A stretch of 52,614 nucleotides of DNA from Chiloscyllium plagiosum. Lineage: Eukaryota. Location: positions 83,710,463 through 83,763,076 of the forward strand of contig NC_057711.1 of NCBI RefSeq assembly GCF_004010195.1, in the 5' to 3' direction. Below are positions 12,264-24,146 of the stretch, piece after piece; position 1 is the stretch's first letter; the number at the start of each line of letters is the position of its first letter. The notes below the pieces were generated by a model. It saw only the letters and a list, made by a program, of their open reading frames with translations. It was not told the origin of the DNA and searched no databases. The translations under genes and the position numbers were made by a program.

Positions 12264-14193
12264 TAAATTATTATTGTTGAGCTAATGACAAATGCTTGGC
12301 TGAGTTTCATAAGATCCAGAACCACTTATTAGCAGTGTGTCCAAAGTTTAATTGATATTATGAGAGATTATCAAAGGGTTATCTGCCTGTGATGTGGTTA
12401 GAGAAATGTTAATTTGTTTGTTTTTACAACAGATTGACCACTTGAGAGAACTTGCATTTTTTGAATGGACTTTACAAATTGTAACTTTTTCAGTCAGGTT
12501 TTTGATTGAGTGAGAATGTATTAAATTTTTATCAGCTTATTTGTTTCTCATCTTTATTTTAAAGACATGTATCTTAATGTTCACCAATAGTGTATACTAA
12601 GTAACTGGATATCTGGAGGATACATGGGGCCCAAGGGCTGATGAGGAATTGTGGAAGGGAATATGAGTGCATGGAAGCGGCATAAGGAATCTGTTACACC
12701 ATGGGAAATATGAACAGATATGGAGAGGACACATATGTGGTGGGGCAGAGATTGGCAAGTTGGATGAGAGTTTGAGGACCTCACTTCTTCATTAGGACTG
12801 AGTCGTTGTTCCAGAAAACTGAAGCAGGCATTCCAGCTTGCACCCTTACCATGCATTTACCAAGACAAATAAATGGCAGGTAGAGAGTGAGGTACTTTTC
12901 AAAGAAGAAATGCCTGTCAGCTCAGGAAGTTTCCCAAGCCAAATTTGCCACTTCTTCCACGAAAATCTGGTCTAGTATAAGACTGTTCCACTGGTAAGAT
13001 CTTTGCAATTGTCTCCTTGGTGATTTTGATTACCTTGCCACTTCAGTACTGATAGCTTCCAACTGCACATCCACCAGCCCTCACGGAGAAAAGTGGACAA
13101 AGGCTTGGAATATGAAAACATGCTGGCAAACCAGTCCAACATAATATTTCTAATTTTTCCTGCCCACCCAGCTCCTAATCTATCTCCAAAGGCCTGGGAA
13201 TGTTCTTCTCTCTATTTTTATTTGTATTTTGCAAAGTATGCTGCATAAAAATCAAGAATGTAATCCACAGTTATGATCGGAACTTTTCCGGTTTCTTTCA
13301 AGTTTTGAGACAGAGTGCAAAGTTCATTCATACACCAATACTTCATGAGAGCAATAGAGAGATACTTTTCAAAACAGAAGCACACTTCATTAAATAATTA
13401 TTTACTTTATAATGCAATGATAGATAGATGTGAGCAGCACATTTTTCCACACTGTTGCAGATGCCAACCAAATAAATCCAACAGGAAAGCTATAGTTTAA
13501 AGTGATTTGCAAAATAATGAATTAATCTCAAAGTTACCCACTCTGTTGACTTTGCAGCCACTTTGCAGCAAGAATATTTTGACCAGACAAAATAGATTTC
13601 TAGTTGTTTCCTTCTGCCCATTGACTTAGGCATTTTATTTTAAATATTCAATAAATCACTTCATTAAATGGATTTGTTGGTGGGTTAATTCCAGTTATCA
13701 GGCTAACATGTCCGTGGTGTTCCATTTCGCATCTCATCAATTTTCAGAATTCATGCCCAGTATCAATACTCTAAGCATCTCCAGGATTAAGCATAACCCT
13801 CTGCAGCTCTTTGTTTTGCATGTGGTGCATCATTATGCCAACCACTGGATGGGAAATGTGGAACAAATCCTTTTCAGTGGAAGGTGGTTATTATGCTGCA
13901 ATCATTGACAGCACATGTCAAAACAACAAGCTGTACCAGCATGGCAGTACCTTCCTGCTGCCAAAGTATTTTTTGCTCTATTTGCAGTTCCAGATCATCA
14001 AACAAACTAACTCTTCTTTTATCCTTTAGATTTTTGGGGATTATTCATTCTTCTAGATATAAACAACTTTTAGAGAAATTCTCAATCTTCTTATCTTACC
14101 CTTAGCGTTCAATACAAGAGCTGACTCTGGACTTGGAACTCTCCTGAGATCTGCACTGAGACATTGACAAGAATCCTGTCCATAACGTAATTT

Positions 14194-14430
14194 AGAGTTG
14201 GGAGTGTGGTGTTGGAAAAATGCAGTAGGTCAGGCAGCATCCGAGGAGCAGAAGAATTGACATTTCAGGCATAAGCCCTTCATCAGGAAGGGCTTCATCA
14301 GATTCCTGATGAAGGGCTTATACCTGAAACATCAATTCTCCTGCTCCTCGGATGCTGCCTGACTTGCTGTGCTTTTCCAGCAACACACTCTCAACTCTGA
14401 TCTCCAGCATCTGCAGTCCTCACTTTCTTC
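14194..14430. mobile_element. Fold-back (palindromic) Penelope-like pseudo-LTR insertion
   Basis: ~95-bp inverted arms around 14290-14303; CTGATGAAGGGCTTATACCTGAAAC; ends CAGCATCTGCAGTCCTCACTTTCT. Confidence 0.8.
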
Positions 14431-14624
14431 ACCTCCATGAAACAATTTACATTGATATAGTTACATTTTTAAAAAACAAACTGCACCAAACAAAGCATTC
14501 TACAGCAAATAAAGTACCCTTGAAATGTCATCACTCCTGTAAGAATGCAACAGGAGTCTTGCTCATATATAAAGACCAGCATTTCATTGGCCTGTGGGCA
14601 TAAAACTATATCAATATCCTTCAT

Positions 14625-15225
14625 TGTTACCTAATCAAAATCCTGAAACACCTTTCCTAACAGCACTGAGTGCATGTACAAGAGATTATATGCAGCAGTT
14701 CATGACACTTTCTCAAATGGAAATTAGAAATGAAGAATAAATGCTGGCCTTGATAGTAATGTCCACATCACAAGAAAAAGAATTTCACAGTTTTTAGTGT
14801 TTTATGATTTAGATTATACCCTGCTGTACAATGTATGAATGCAAAGTGGATAACCTCAAATTTGCCTACATTGAAATGTATTTGCCAGCATTTTATTTTC
14901 CCATTCAGTTAAATCAATCAATATCCTTTTGCAATTTTGAACTGCACTTTCATTGTTACAATGCTGCTGCTTTGACATCATTGGAAATTTGAATATGTGG
15001 CTTTCTAATCCATTAATTAAATCATTCATATATACTTTGAATAGTTGATGCTCCGGCACATCTTTTCACTCCTAGCCACATGTATACTGCCAGTTCAACG
15101 ATCTTACTCTCTGACTCTTGCTGCTTAACCAACCTCCTAACCAGGTCAATCATTTGTTTTCACTTCTACAAGCTTATCTGAGCTAACAGTCTTTTAGAAA
15201 GATTTCATCAAATGTGACCCAGAAC
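14625..15225. mobile_element. 3' tail of the older CR1 family (plus, ~14625-14780) and an old CR1 RT fragment (minus, ~14790-15225)
   Basis: AATAAATGCTGGCC...CCACATC tail also seen at 47750 and 49560; minus-strand LFKVYMNDL...IFKF (FADD region). Confidence 0.6.
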
Positions 15226-16544
15226 TTCAGTAGCAAAACAAGAAACTTAAAAGAAGGTGTGGAATCTTTGCAGTCACTGAACATTGAGAACATCAATGAG
15301 AAAGTTGGGGGAATTATAAGAGGTCAGCAATAAGGAGAGTCCTGACACTGAGAGCAGAAAGTCCCATGTTCCAACAAAGTGTTAAAAGTGAGACGAGATT
15401 CTCATTAAAAAACAGCGAGAGGCATACTAGCACATATTAGCTTATTGACTATATGTTATCTTGCCAACTGATAGACAGTTTCCCATATTCCCATCTGCCA
15501 GATAAAAGCTAGAAAGTGATAATTCCCAACATGAAAAACAGAGCAGTTACCTGGCAACTTTGGCTCACCACTCACTCCTTCCAGCCTCCGCCTTGGACAC
15601 CAGGCATCATAATTTCAGGGCATGTTTCATGGGCAGTGAATATATGTAACTCCTGTTCACTAGGACCTTCAGATCCCTGTCAGCAAAGTGTGTGTACCAA
15701 ATGCCCTCTGTAGGGGGCAATCGACTGGAACCATGAAGACTGTAGCACTTGACCAGCTGCACAGCTGACCTTTAAAGATGGCACCGGCACCAGAAATCCC
15801 AGGAGGTCTGGCAGTGGCCAGTACATTTGTCTGTGGTGAATGGGAGAGTATGATGAGTGTAGCACCAGAGGGAATTGCTGCATAGGTAATTAGATGAGAA
15901 AACTCGTGTGGCTGCTCAGAGTGAAACCTTGCATAAAACTCGCCAAAATCAACACTTAATTAATTTCTGGAAAAATCAGTCCAAGCTTTCTGCAGCTCTT
16001 CTACTAATATTATGACAGTTGAGCAAGATGATTTCCATTATGTTTATCCATAGTATAATATATGTACAACTTGAATAATGCATAGAAGTGGTGTTATGTT
16101 TGGATTTCAGTGACTAACTGGTTGGATGGCAGCTGGTCCCCCACATTCACCATGAGGATGCAATATTGATTTTGAGCCATAGCCCAAGAACAACAGATCA
16201 ATAAGATGTGGAACTGTAAACAGCTGGATTGTAATCTATTAATGTCACTGACTGCCTGAATTGACTAAGTGTGGAAAGGTGTGGCCATGATTGCACAGAG
16301 TATGGCCTCTGTGAGCTCTGAAACAAGAGTTCGCTTATTGACTCCGCAAAAATAATAAAAATAATAACTTTGGTCATTGGTAATAATTAATCAAGTCAGC
16401 ACAATACACATTTTACTATTTCAACCTAAAATGGCAATCTTCATCCTAGGTACTGGATAATATTAAAAGAAGCTTAGTGACTGAAACAGGCAAGCATTTT
16501 GAGAATCCAGCAATCTGTCCTTTTCACAGGAGCATTGGCCAGGG

Positions 16545-16827
16545 TTAACAGGACACTCAGACCATCAACCTCAGTCTGAGGTCAGACAATTGGTTAAAAT
16601 TAATACCAGGGCCATAGAGCCAGATGTTGAGAGCAATACACCAAGAACCTAGAATCCTGTGATTTGAGTCTCCAGCAGACTGGTGGGAAACAGTAAAAGG
16701 GAACATTTAACAGGACACTCAGACCATCAACCTCAGTCTGAGGTCAGACAATTGGTTAAAATTAATACCAGGGCCATAGAGCCAGATGTTGACAGCAATA
16801 CACCAAGAACCTAGAATCCTGTGATTT
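16545..16827. repeat. 121-bp direct duplication with a 41-bp spacer
   Basis: 16545-16665 and 16707-16827 differ at one base (GAGAGC/GACAGC). Confidence 0.95.
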
Positions 16828-17446
16828 TTAAATACTCTACTTTTATACTTCTTATTCATACTGAAAAAGACAGTATTTTGGCTTGAAGCAAATACTTTAT
16901 ATAATTGTATAATGCAACATACATAGATGGCATGAATTTCTAGTTTTGAACTTCAATTGTCAACCTCCAATGTGATTAAACCCTAAGAGAAACTTTCATA
17001 CTACAGCTTGTCTTTTGAAGTTAGATTGCTTACCTTATAAAAGCAGAGCAATAATGTCCAGATGTTATCTTTTGGCAAATATTTTATTTTAACAGTTCAA
17101 ATGTGACTTATTCCATAATCTATCCTGTTACATATTCTAAAACTTAAAATTGTTTGCTTGTTTTTGATCCATGGCAATGATTACAGTAGTAATTCCAACT
17201 CATTGATTCATGTACAAACAGCATTCAAACTGCCTTGTCTTTCAAAGCACCAAACATTTCATTAACCAGGGCACTATTTTATTGGTCCTGCAGGTATCAA
17301 CATTTGCAAGAAATACATAGTCAACACCGGATTGCTAAAATTAACAGATTAACAAGGAGAACTGGAGTTGTAGCATTGCATTCATCGAACTTGCATACCA
17401 GGCTGATTTTGTGCAACTCTGTTATATTATTCTTTATAGGCTTTAT

Positions 17447-19917
17447 TTCCACACTCCCAAACTAGTTACACTAATTCCCACACTCACTAATCAGCAGTTC
17501 AGCAAAGTCCTGACTCCATCAATTGACACATTTGCACACTCACTAACCTGCAGGACAGCAATTTGCACACTCACTAACTAGTTGCATTAATTCCAGGGCC
17601 AGCAAGCCTCACTATTTGCCTTGGAGTCCTCCAAGATAATCTTCCGGTTCAGGGTCCACTCGGTGGAGCAGGATGAGACGTGCTCACGTTTCTTCTTCCA
17701 GAAGGTGCACAAAGAGAGCTCCGTGCTCAGCAGCCTGAAGGAAGAAGATGGCTCGGTAACATCATCGCTCCTGTCTTAGACGACAGAACACGGGAGAGGC
17801 TGGACCAGCCGTTATCTCTGAACGAGCTGACCAAGGTCCTCGAGTCCTTCGAAAAGAATAAAACTCCTGGAAGCGACGGCTTACCGGTCGAGCTCTATTC
17901 TGCTCTGTGGGACTTGATTGGCCAGGACCTGCTGGAGGTGTATGTCAGTATGCTTCGGGCAGGTAGCATGAGTGAATCCATAAGGAAAGACATCTACAAG
18001 CGGAAGGGGGAGAGGGAGGAACTCAGAAATTGGAGACCAATCTCATTATTGAATGCGGATTGCAAAATTCTGTCAAAGGTAATCGCCAACCTGGTCAGGT
18101 CTGCTCTGGGTTCGGTGATTCACCCTGACCAAACCTGTGCTGTACTGGGCAGGAAGATCGCTGAGAGTCTTGCACTCCTGAGGAATACAATCGCCTACGT
18201 GCAGGACAGAGGGTTGGACACCTGCCTCATCAGCCTGGACCAGGACAAAGCCTTTGACAGGATATCACACACGTATATGAGAGATGTTCTCTCCAAAATG
18301 GGCTTTGGGGAGGGAATCTGTATTTGGATCAGACTGCTCTACACCAACATTGTCAGTGCAGTCTCAATTAATGTGTGGGAATCAGATAGTTTCCCAGTCA
18401 GGTCTGGAGTCAGGCAGGGCTGCCCTCTCTCTCCTGCCTTGTTTGTGTGCTGCATAGAGCCATTTGCCGAGTCCATCAGGAAGGATGCGAGCTTGAGAGG
18501 GGTGACTATTCCTGGCAGCGGGGGCCTGCAGGTTAAGGCCTCCCTGTACATGGATGACGTCGCCGTTTTCTGCTCGGATCCGCTGTCCGTGCACAGACTC
18601 ATGTGCATATGTGACCAGTTCGAACGGGCCTCGGGGGCCAAGGTAAACCGAGGCAAGATCGAGGCCATACTCTTCGGGAACTGGGCCGACCAATCCTCGA
18701 TCCCATTCACCATCAGAACCAACCACCTGAAGGTGCTGGGTATTTAGTTCGGGGGGGGCTGGGGCGTGTGCCAAGTCTTGGGAGGAGCNNNNNNNNNNNN
18801 NNNNNNNNNNNNNNNNNNNNNNNNNNNNNNNNNNNNNNNNNNNNNNNNNNNNNNNNNNNNNNNNNNNNNNNNNNNNNNNNNNNNNNNNCCTGGTGTTGCG
18901 AAGGATGGGCCTGGCCTCGCTGCCGCAGAATGCTCCGAATAGTTGGACCATTCCGTATCACCTGTCTTTTGTGGAGAAGTTTATGAAGAAAAACACCTTT
19001 GACCACAAGTCCATCAGGAAAAAGTCAGCATATAGTGTCCTTGAGACCCTTTGGGAAAAGGAGAGGGCGGATCCTATCGAGTGGTTCCCTGAGCAGACTG
19101 TCAAAGCCATTTGGCAGAATGCCTCATCGCCAGAACTTTCCAACAAGCACCAAGACATGGCTTGGCTGGTGGTGAGAAGGGCTCTGTCTACGAGATCCTT
19201 TATGCACGCCCGGACTCTCAGCTGCACCGCACGCTGCCCTCGAAGCGGCTGCGGGGGGGACGAGACTGTCACACACCTCCTTCTGGAATGTGCCTATGCA
19301 GAGGAAGTCTGGAGAGGAATGCAGAGGTGTTTGTCGAGGTTCGTCCCGAGGAGCGCCGTGACGCGGGACTCCGTGCTCTACGGTCTGGTACCTGGGACAC
19401 ACACCAAGACGAACATCAACTGTGCCTGGAGGATCATCAACTCGGTGAAGGACGGTCTCTGGGTGGTCCGAAACCTGCTGATCTTCCAGCTGAAGGAGTT
19501 GATGATGACTGAGTGTTGCAGACTGGCACATTCCAAGGTCCAGGACTACGTATTGAGGGACGCGCTGAAGCTTGGGTCAGCTGTTGCCAAGGCGCGGTGG
19601 GGAAAGACCACCGTGTAATGTCTGCCTGCCTAAGTACAGGGGGCCGACACAGTAAGGGGGCTCCGATGACCCCCCAGCTAAATATGCGGATAGTAATCAT
19701 ACAGACTCGTATATATGATTGATTACTCTGTCTCTGTGTGCAAAGAAATGGAATGTTTACATATGTATGACATGACCAATTGTACAGATCATCAAAATAT
19801 TTTATGAATAAAGTATATTTTTGAAATAAAAAAAGGTTGCATTAATTCCCACACTCACCAATCAGCAGTTCAGTAGTTTCCACACTCACTAACTAGTAGA
19901 ACTAATTTTCACACTCG
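17447..19917. repeat. Degenerate ~28-bp minisatellite (core CACACTCACTAA) split by the Tx1 insertion; segments 17447-17594 and 19836-19917
   Basis: Core recurs about four times left and three times right of the LINE. Confidence 0.75.
17595..19835 (+). mobile_element. 5'-truncated Tx1/L1-clade LINE (ORF2 RT plus C-terminal CCHC), disrupted; N gap 18789-18888
   Basis: PGSDGLP, NWRPISLLN, LDQDKAFD, GVRQGCPLSP, YMDD, CPRSGC...HLLLEC; AATAAA plus A-tail; TSD GTTGCATTAATTCC at 17581-17594 and 19836-19849. Confidence 0.93.
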
Positions 19918-20480
19918 GCAGGTTTAAGAAATGAGTACTTGTTGCTGGCTTTTTCAATCTCATTGTCATGATGCTGACTGTGCACTCACAGCCTGAGCTA
20001 CAAACCGTCATAGACACATTCACCAAATGTATGAGAGAAAGGGCCTCAGACCAGTCCACTCTATCCACACAACACTGTCTCTGACCACCAAAACCACAGC
20101 GAGTCCCTACACAAAGTGGATCCATAGCTCAGGGGCCTCATCTCGGTGTGAGCAGACAATGACGATGAAATCCAACGTTGATTCCAATGCACCAGTGCAA
20201 CCTTTGAACACCTGAGGAACAAAGTGTTTGAAGTCTGAGACCTCAAATCCAGCACCACGTAATCCCTACCTTTCTGTATGCATCAGAAACATTAAATGTG
20301 TACAGCAGACAATCTCAAATCCCCAGAGAGTTATAACCAGCATTGTCTTTACAAAATCCTGCTAATCCACTGCAAGAATAGTCATACCAACAGGAGTGTC
20401 CTCTCCCAGGTCAATATCCACAGTATTAAGACACTGGTCACACTTGACCAGCTGGGATGGGTGAGCAATACTACCTGCAT

Positions 20481-22794
20481 AAGGTAAAAACAATGACTGC
20501 AGATGCTGGAAACCAGATTCTGGATCAGTGGTGCTGGAAGAGCACAGCAATTCAGGCAGCATCCGAGGACAGGCAAAATCGACGTTTCGGGCAAAAGCCC
20601 TTCATCAGGAATAAAGGCAGAGAGCCTGAAGCGTGGAGACGTCGATTTTGCCTGTCCTCGGATGCTGCCTGAATTGCTGTGCTCTGCTAACTCAGAAGGA
20701 CAATGGAACAGATTCAGGAAAACATAAATGGACCGATATCAAAGAACTAGTTTGAAGTAAAAAAGGCAGAGAAGGAAAGAAATAACAGCAATGACGTTAC
20801 AAGTTCCTCTCTCCCTGTCTGTCTCCAGCTCAGGAACCAGTGTCCAATGAAAAAGCAACTTGGAAAAACAGCCATTCATTGAGATCTCAAGGACGTCTGC
20901 AAACTCTGTCACTGTTGAGGAAACAAGACAACAGCAAAACAATTGTGGTGTCAAGTTTCACTCTCATAATTCAAGAACTTTAAAATGCTATTTATTTTAC
21001 CTTCCTGTCTGTAATAGACACCGTAACCCTTTTAAACATATTATCTGTGTTTTTGTGTGCGTATCACATAATGTTTTTACTATTTTGATTGGAGGGATTG
21101 TGAGTAATAGATTTCATTTTCCTTTCACCAAGAAACCTTGCATTTTCGGCTAGTTCATTTTAAACTGATTAGAACATAGAACAGTACAGCAGAGGAACAG
21201 GCTCTTTAGTCCACCATTGCTGTGCTGACCATGATGCCATTCTAAACTAATCCCATCTGCCAGGACATGGCCTATATCCCTTTATACCCCGTTTGTTCAT
21301 GGGTTTGTCTAAATGGCTCCTAAACATTGCTATCATATTTGCTTCTACCATCTCTCCTGATAGTGCGTTCCAAGCATCTACCACCTTCTGTGCAAAATTT
21401 TCGCCACACATATCTCCTTTAAACTTTCACCTTTTTACCTTAAAGTTATGCCCCCTAGGATTTGACATTGCCACCCGGGGTAAAATACTCAAACTATCTA
21501 CTCGATCCATGCCCATCATAATTTTTGTATACTATCAGTTCATCCATGAGCCCCAATGCTCCAGCAAAAACAATGCAAGCTTGTCTAATCTCTCCTTCTA
21601 GCTAAGTCATTCTAATCAAAGCAACACCCTGGTAACCTACTTTTGCATTATCTACAAAGTTTCCACATCTTTCCTTTAGGGTAATGACAAAAAATGCATG
21701 TAATACTCTAAATGTGGTTTACCTAAAGTCTTATGCAGCTGTGACATGTTGTGCCAACTTTCACATTCATTACCCTAACTGGTGAAGGCAGGCATGCCAT
21801 ATGCCTTCTTTGCCACCTTATCTACTTGTGTTGCCACTTTCAGGATGCTATGGACATTGCACGCCAAGATTCCTCAATATATCAAATGCTCCTCATGGTC
21901 CTGCATCATCCCAACTTGTTCAGATTAAACTCCATCTGCCATTTCTCTGTCCAACTTTCCAACTGATTTATATCCTGCTGGATCCTTTGATAACCTTCCT
22001 CAATATCCAGAACTTGACCAAACTTTGTGCCAACTGCAAACTTACTAATCAGGCCACCTACATCTACATCAAAATCATTTATATGTTCCAGGCAACAAAG
22101 GTCTCAGCACAGGATCCTTGGGTACACCTTGGTCACAGATCTCTGGTCAGAAAAACACCCTTGCACAACTACCCTCCATCTTCTATGAGCAAATAAATTT
22201 TGTATCCAACTTACTGTGGATCCCATGTGACTTAATCTTCAGGGCCGGCCTACCATGAAGGACCTTGTTAAATGCAATTGTCAAATGTCAAATGTCTTAG
22301 TAATTGCATTTTAATTTAAGCATGATAGCTCAAAAAGAAATAAGATAACTTGTTATGATCAAATAAAAGTGGGTTAATAGAAGGGAACTGATCATGTCTC
22401 CTCATCTGATCATAATAATACGTTATGCAGTTTTTCTCTTTGTTAAGCTGTAGAAAACAAAAAGCATACCAAACCTTCTCATGAAGTTATGTTATGATAA
22501 TGGTCGCGAATAAACTGCATAGTACTGTTGTAATTACAGTTGACAATTACAGATATTATTTTAGCACTGGGATTCTATTGTTCTTTGTTCATGGATTGTG
22601 TGTGTTGCTAACATGTATAAAACATTCTGAACCAGGCTTGACAAGGAGGAACCTTCTCACGTTGTTGTGGTCTATGTGGTAGGTTCAGGCTCTCTGCCTT
22701 TATTCCTGATGAAGGGCTTTTGCCTGAAACGTCGATTTTGCCTGTCCTCGGATGCTGCCTGAATTGCTGTGCTCTTCCAGCACCACTGATCCAG
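20481..22794. mobile_element. Composite insertion: inverted Penelope-like arms (20484-20685 and 22684-22797) enclosing ~2 kb of cargo
   Basis: TSD AATACTACCTGCAT at 20467-20480 and 22795-22808; the host RTE is continuous across it; arms near-identical. Confidence 0.8.
21168..22276 (-). mobile_element. Old, diverged CR1 3' ~1.1 kb inside the composite cargo
   Basis: Starts with the reverse-complement tail TAGAACATAGAACAGTACAGC; contains TTAAACTCCATCTGCCA (WQMEFN) and the FAxxTK region. Confidence 0.8.
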
Positions 22795-22846
22795 AATACT
22801 ACCTGCATGCCAGACACAAGACTCCCTAAACACTTCCTACTCTGAG

Positions 22847-23067
22847 GAGAAAGTGAGGACTGCAGATGCTGGAGATCAGAGCTGAAAATGTGTTGCTGGA
22901 AAAGCGCAGCAGGTCAGGCAGCATCCAAGGAGCAGGAGAATCGACGTTTCGGGCATGAGCCCTTCTTCAGGATTCCTGAAGAAGGGCTCATGCCCGAAAC
23001 ATTGATTCTCCAACTCCTTGGATGCTGCCTGACCTGCTGCACTTCTCCAGCAACACATTTTCACATT
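22847..23067. mobile_element. Fold-back Penelope-like pseudo-LTR insertion
   Basis: ~90-bp inverted arms centred on CAGGATTCCTG (~22973); TSD CTACTCTGAG at 22837-22846 and 23068-23077. Confidence 0.88.
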
Positions 23068-23416
23068 CTACTCTGAGCTCTGTAATGGGAAACAATCAAT
23101 AGGATGGTAGAGGAAATGCTATAAGAACACTCTGAAAACATCCCAACTGACATGTGAGAGTTGCTTCCACATGAACTCATTGAAATAACCCCACAGAGGC
23201 CAGTACTCCATCCCCAAGTCACCTGTTATTTATGCAAACATAGTACCTAAACTGGTTCAGCTTCCTCAGAGCCAGCTCTCAGAGTGAACAGAATGTCTGA
23301 CACTTTTGTGGAAGAATTACTCAATGTTCTATAAAAAAAAATTATCAGGAGACACAGAAAATCCTTCACAAAATTAGATATTAATCTTGCACAATCAAAG
23401 CTGTGAGAGCCAGCAA

Positions 23417-23458
23417 AATGTCAATGTCGTCAATGTCGTCAATGTCGTCAATGTCAAT

Positions 23459-23494
<36 letters not shown>
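23417..23494. repeat. Compound microsatellite (AATGTC/AATGTCGTC)n-(TCCTCG)n
   Basis: Directly visible. Confidence 0.95.
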
Positions 23495-23819
23495 CAAAAG
23501 CTCCTTGTTCTCCTCCAGTTTATACAATTTGTTGGTCCCACGTTTATCAGATAACATTAGCATAGCCAATCATGCTGGCTTGCTTGATCTTTCTAAACTA
23601 ATCATCATCTGCCACACTAGTTCCCTCCATCACACTGAACCTATCACATTATAACACCATCATCTTCAGAATTAGCTCATCTCCCAGTGATTTAACTAAC
23701 CTATCACAATGAACTTCCATTATCTGTTACTGAAACCCTGTAACATGATCCCTAGCATACATTGCAACACTAGGTTAACTACATAACTGCCAGAATAACC
23801 TCTATACGTTCTTGTTTAT

Positions 23820-24146
23820 TTCTATTTTTAAAAAAAAACCCACACTACCGCCTAACTGTGGTAGTGCTTATTGTTCCCCAGCACCCATGGTGTGTGTGTG
23901 CAGGTGTGAGACACAGTGAGAGACACAAGGTGCACGAATCTTTATTCAATTTCCACCACCAGGAAGATAAGAAACAACCGAGTGGCCAGTGACAAGCAGT
24001 GCCCTTCACATCAAAGGACAATGCCGTGTGATCAAAACAGTGAAGGGGAGGGCAGGGACTAAATCAAAATAGAGTTGGAGGGAGAAATGATGCACTCCAC
24101 TCCCTGCGGCGCCCACCTCTCCCTGAACAACTCCAGGGTGTTGGTG
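23820..24146 (-). mobile_element. Severely 5'-truncated Tx1/L1-type LINE 3' end (a different family from 17595)
   Basis: Minus strand TNTLELFRERWAPQGVECIISPSNSILI-stop, then a 3' UTR with AATAAA; TSD ACGTTCTTGTTTAT at 23806-23819 and 24147-24160. Confidence 0.75.

Noticed and set aside
14179..14448. TSD for the 14194 fold-back (TCCATAACGTAATTT / TCCATGAAACAATTT)
   Set aside because: Only 11 of 15 bases match, so it is not counted as a clear TSD
17595..17770. 5' inversion at the start of the Tx1 copy
   Set aside because: It translates on the plus strand as ordinary ORF2 (EQDETCSRFFFQK), so it is a frameshifting deletion instead
18339..19722. Overlapping antisense and alternate-frame ORFs in the Tx1 element
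   Set aside because: Shadow ORFs of GC-rich ORF2 with no independent motifs
16545..19917. Repeat-spacer patterns (121-bp duplication, CACACTCACTAA array) as a CRISPR array
   Set aside because: Vertebrate context, degenerate or too-long repeats, no cas genes
22876..23076. Near-identical 62-aa ORFs on both strands (MCCWKSAAGQAASKE...)
   Set aside because: Consequence of the palindromic repeat, and similar peptides recur in other copies
23403..23654. Ser/Met-rich 83-aa ORF and the opposite-strand acidic ORF as host genes
   Set aside because: Produced by a microsatellite inside nested repeats, with no splice or domain support
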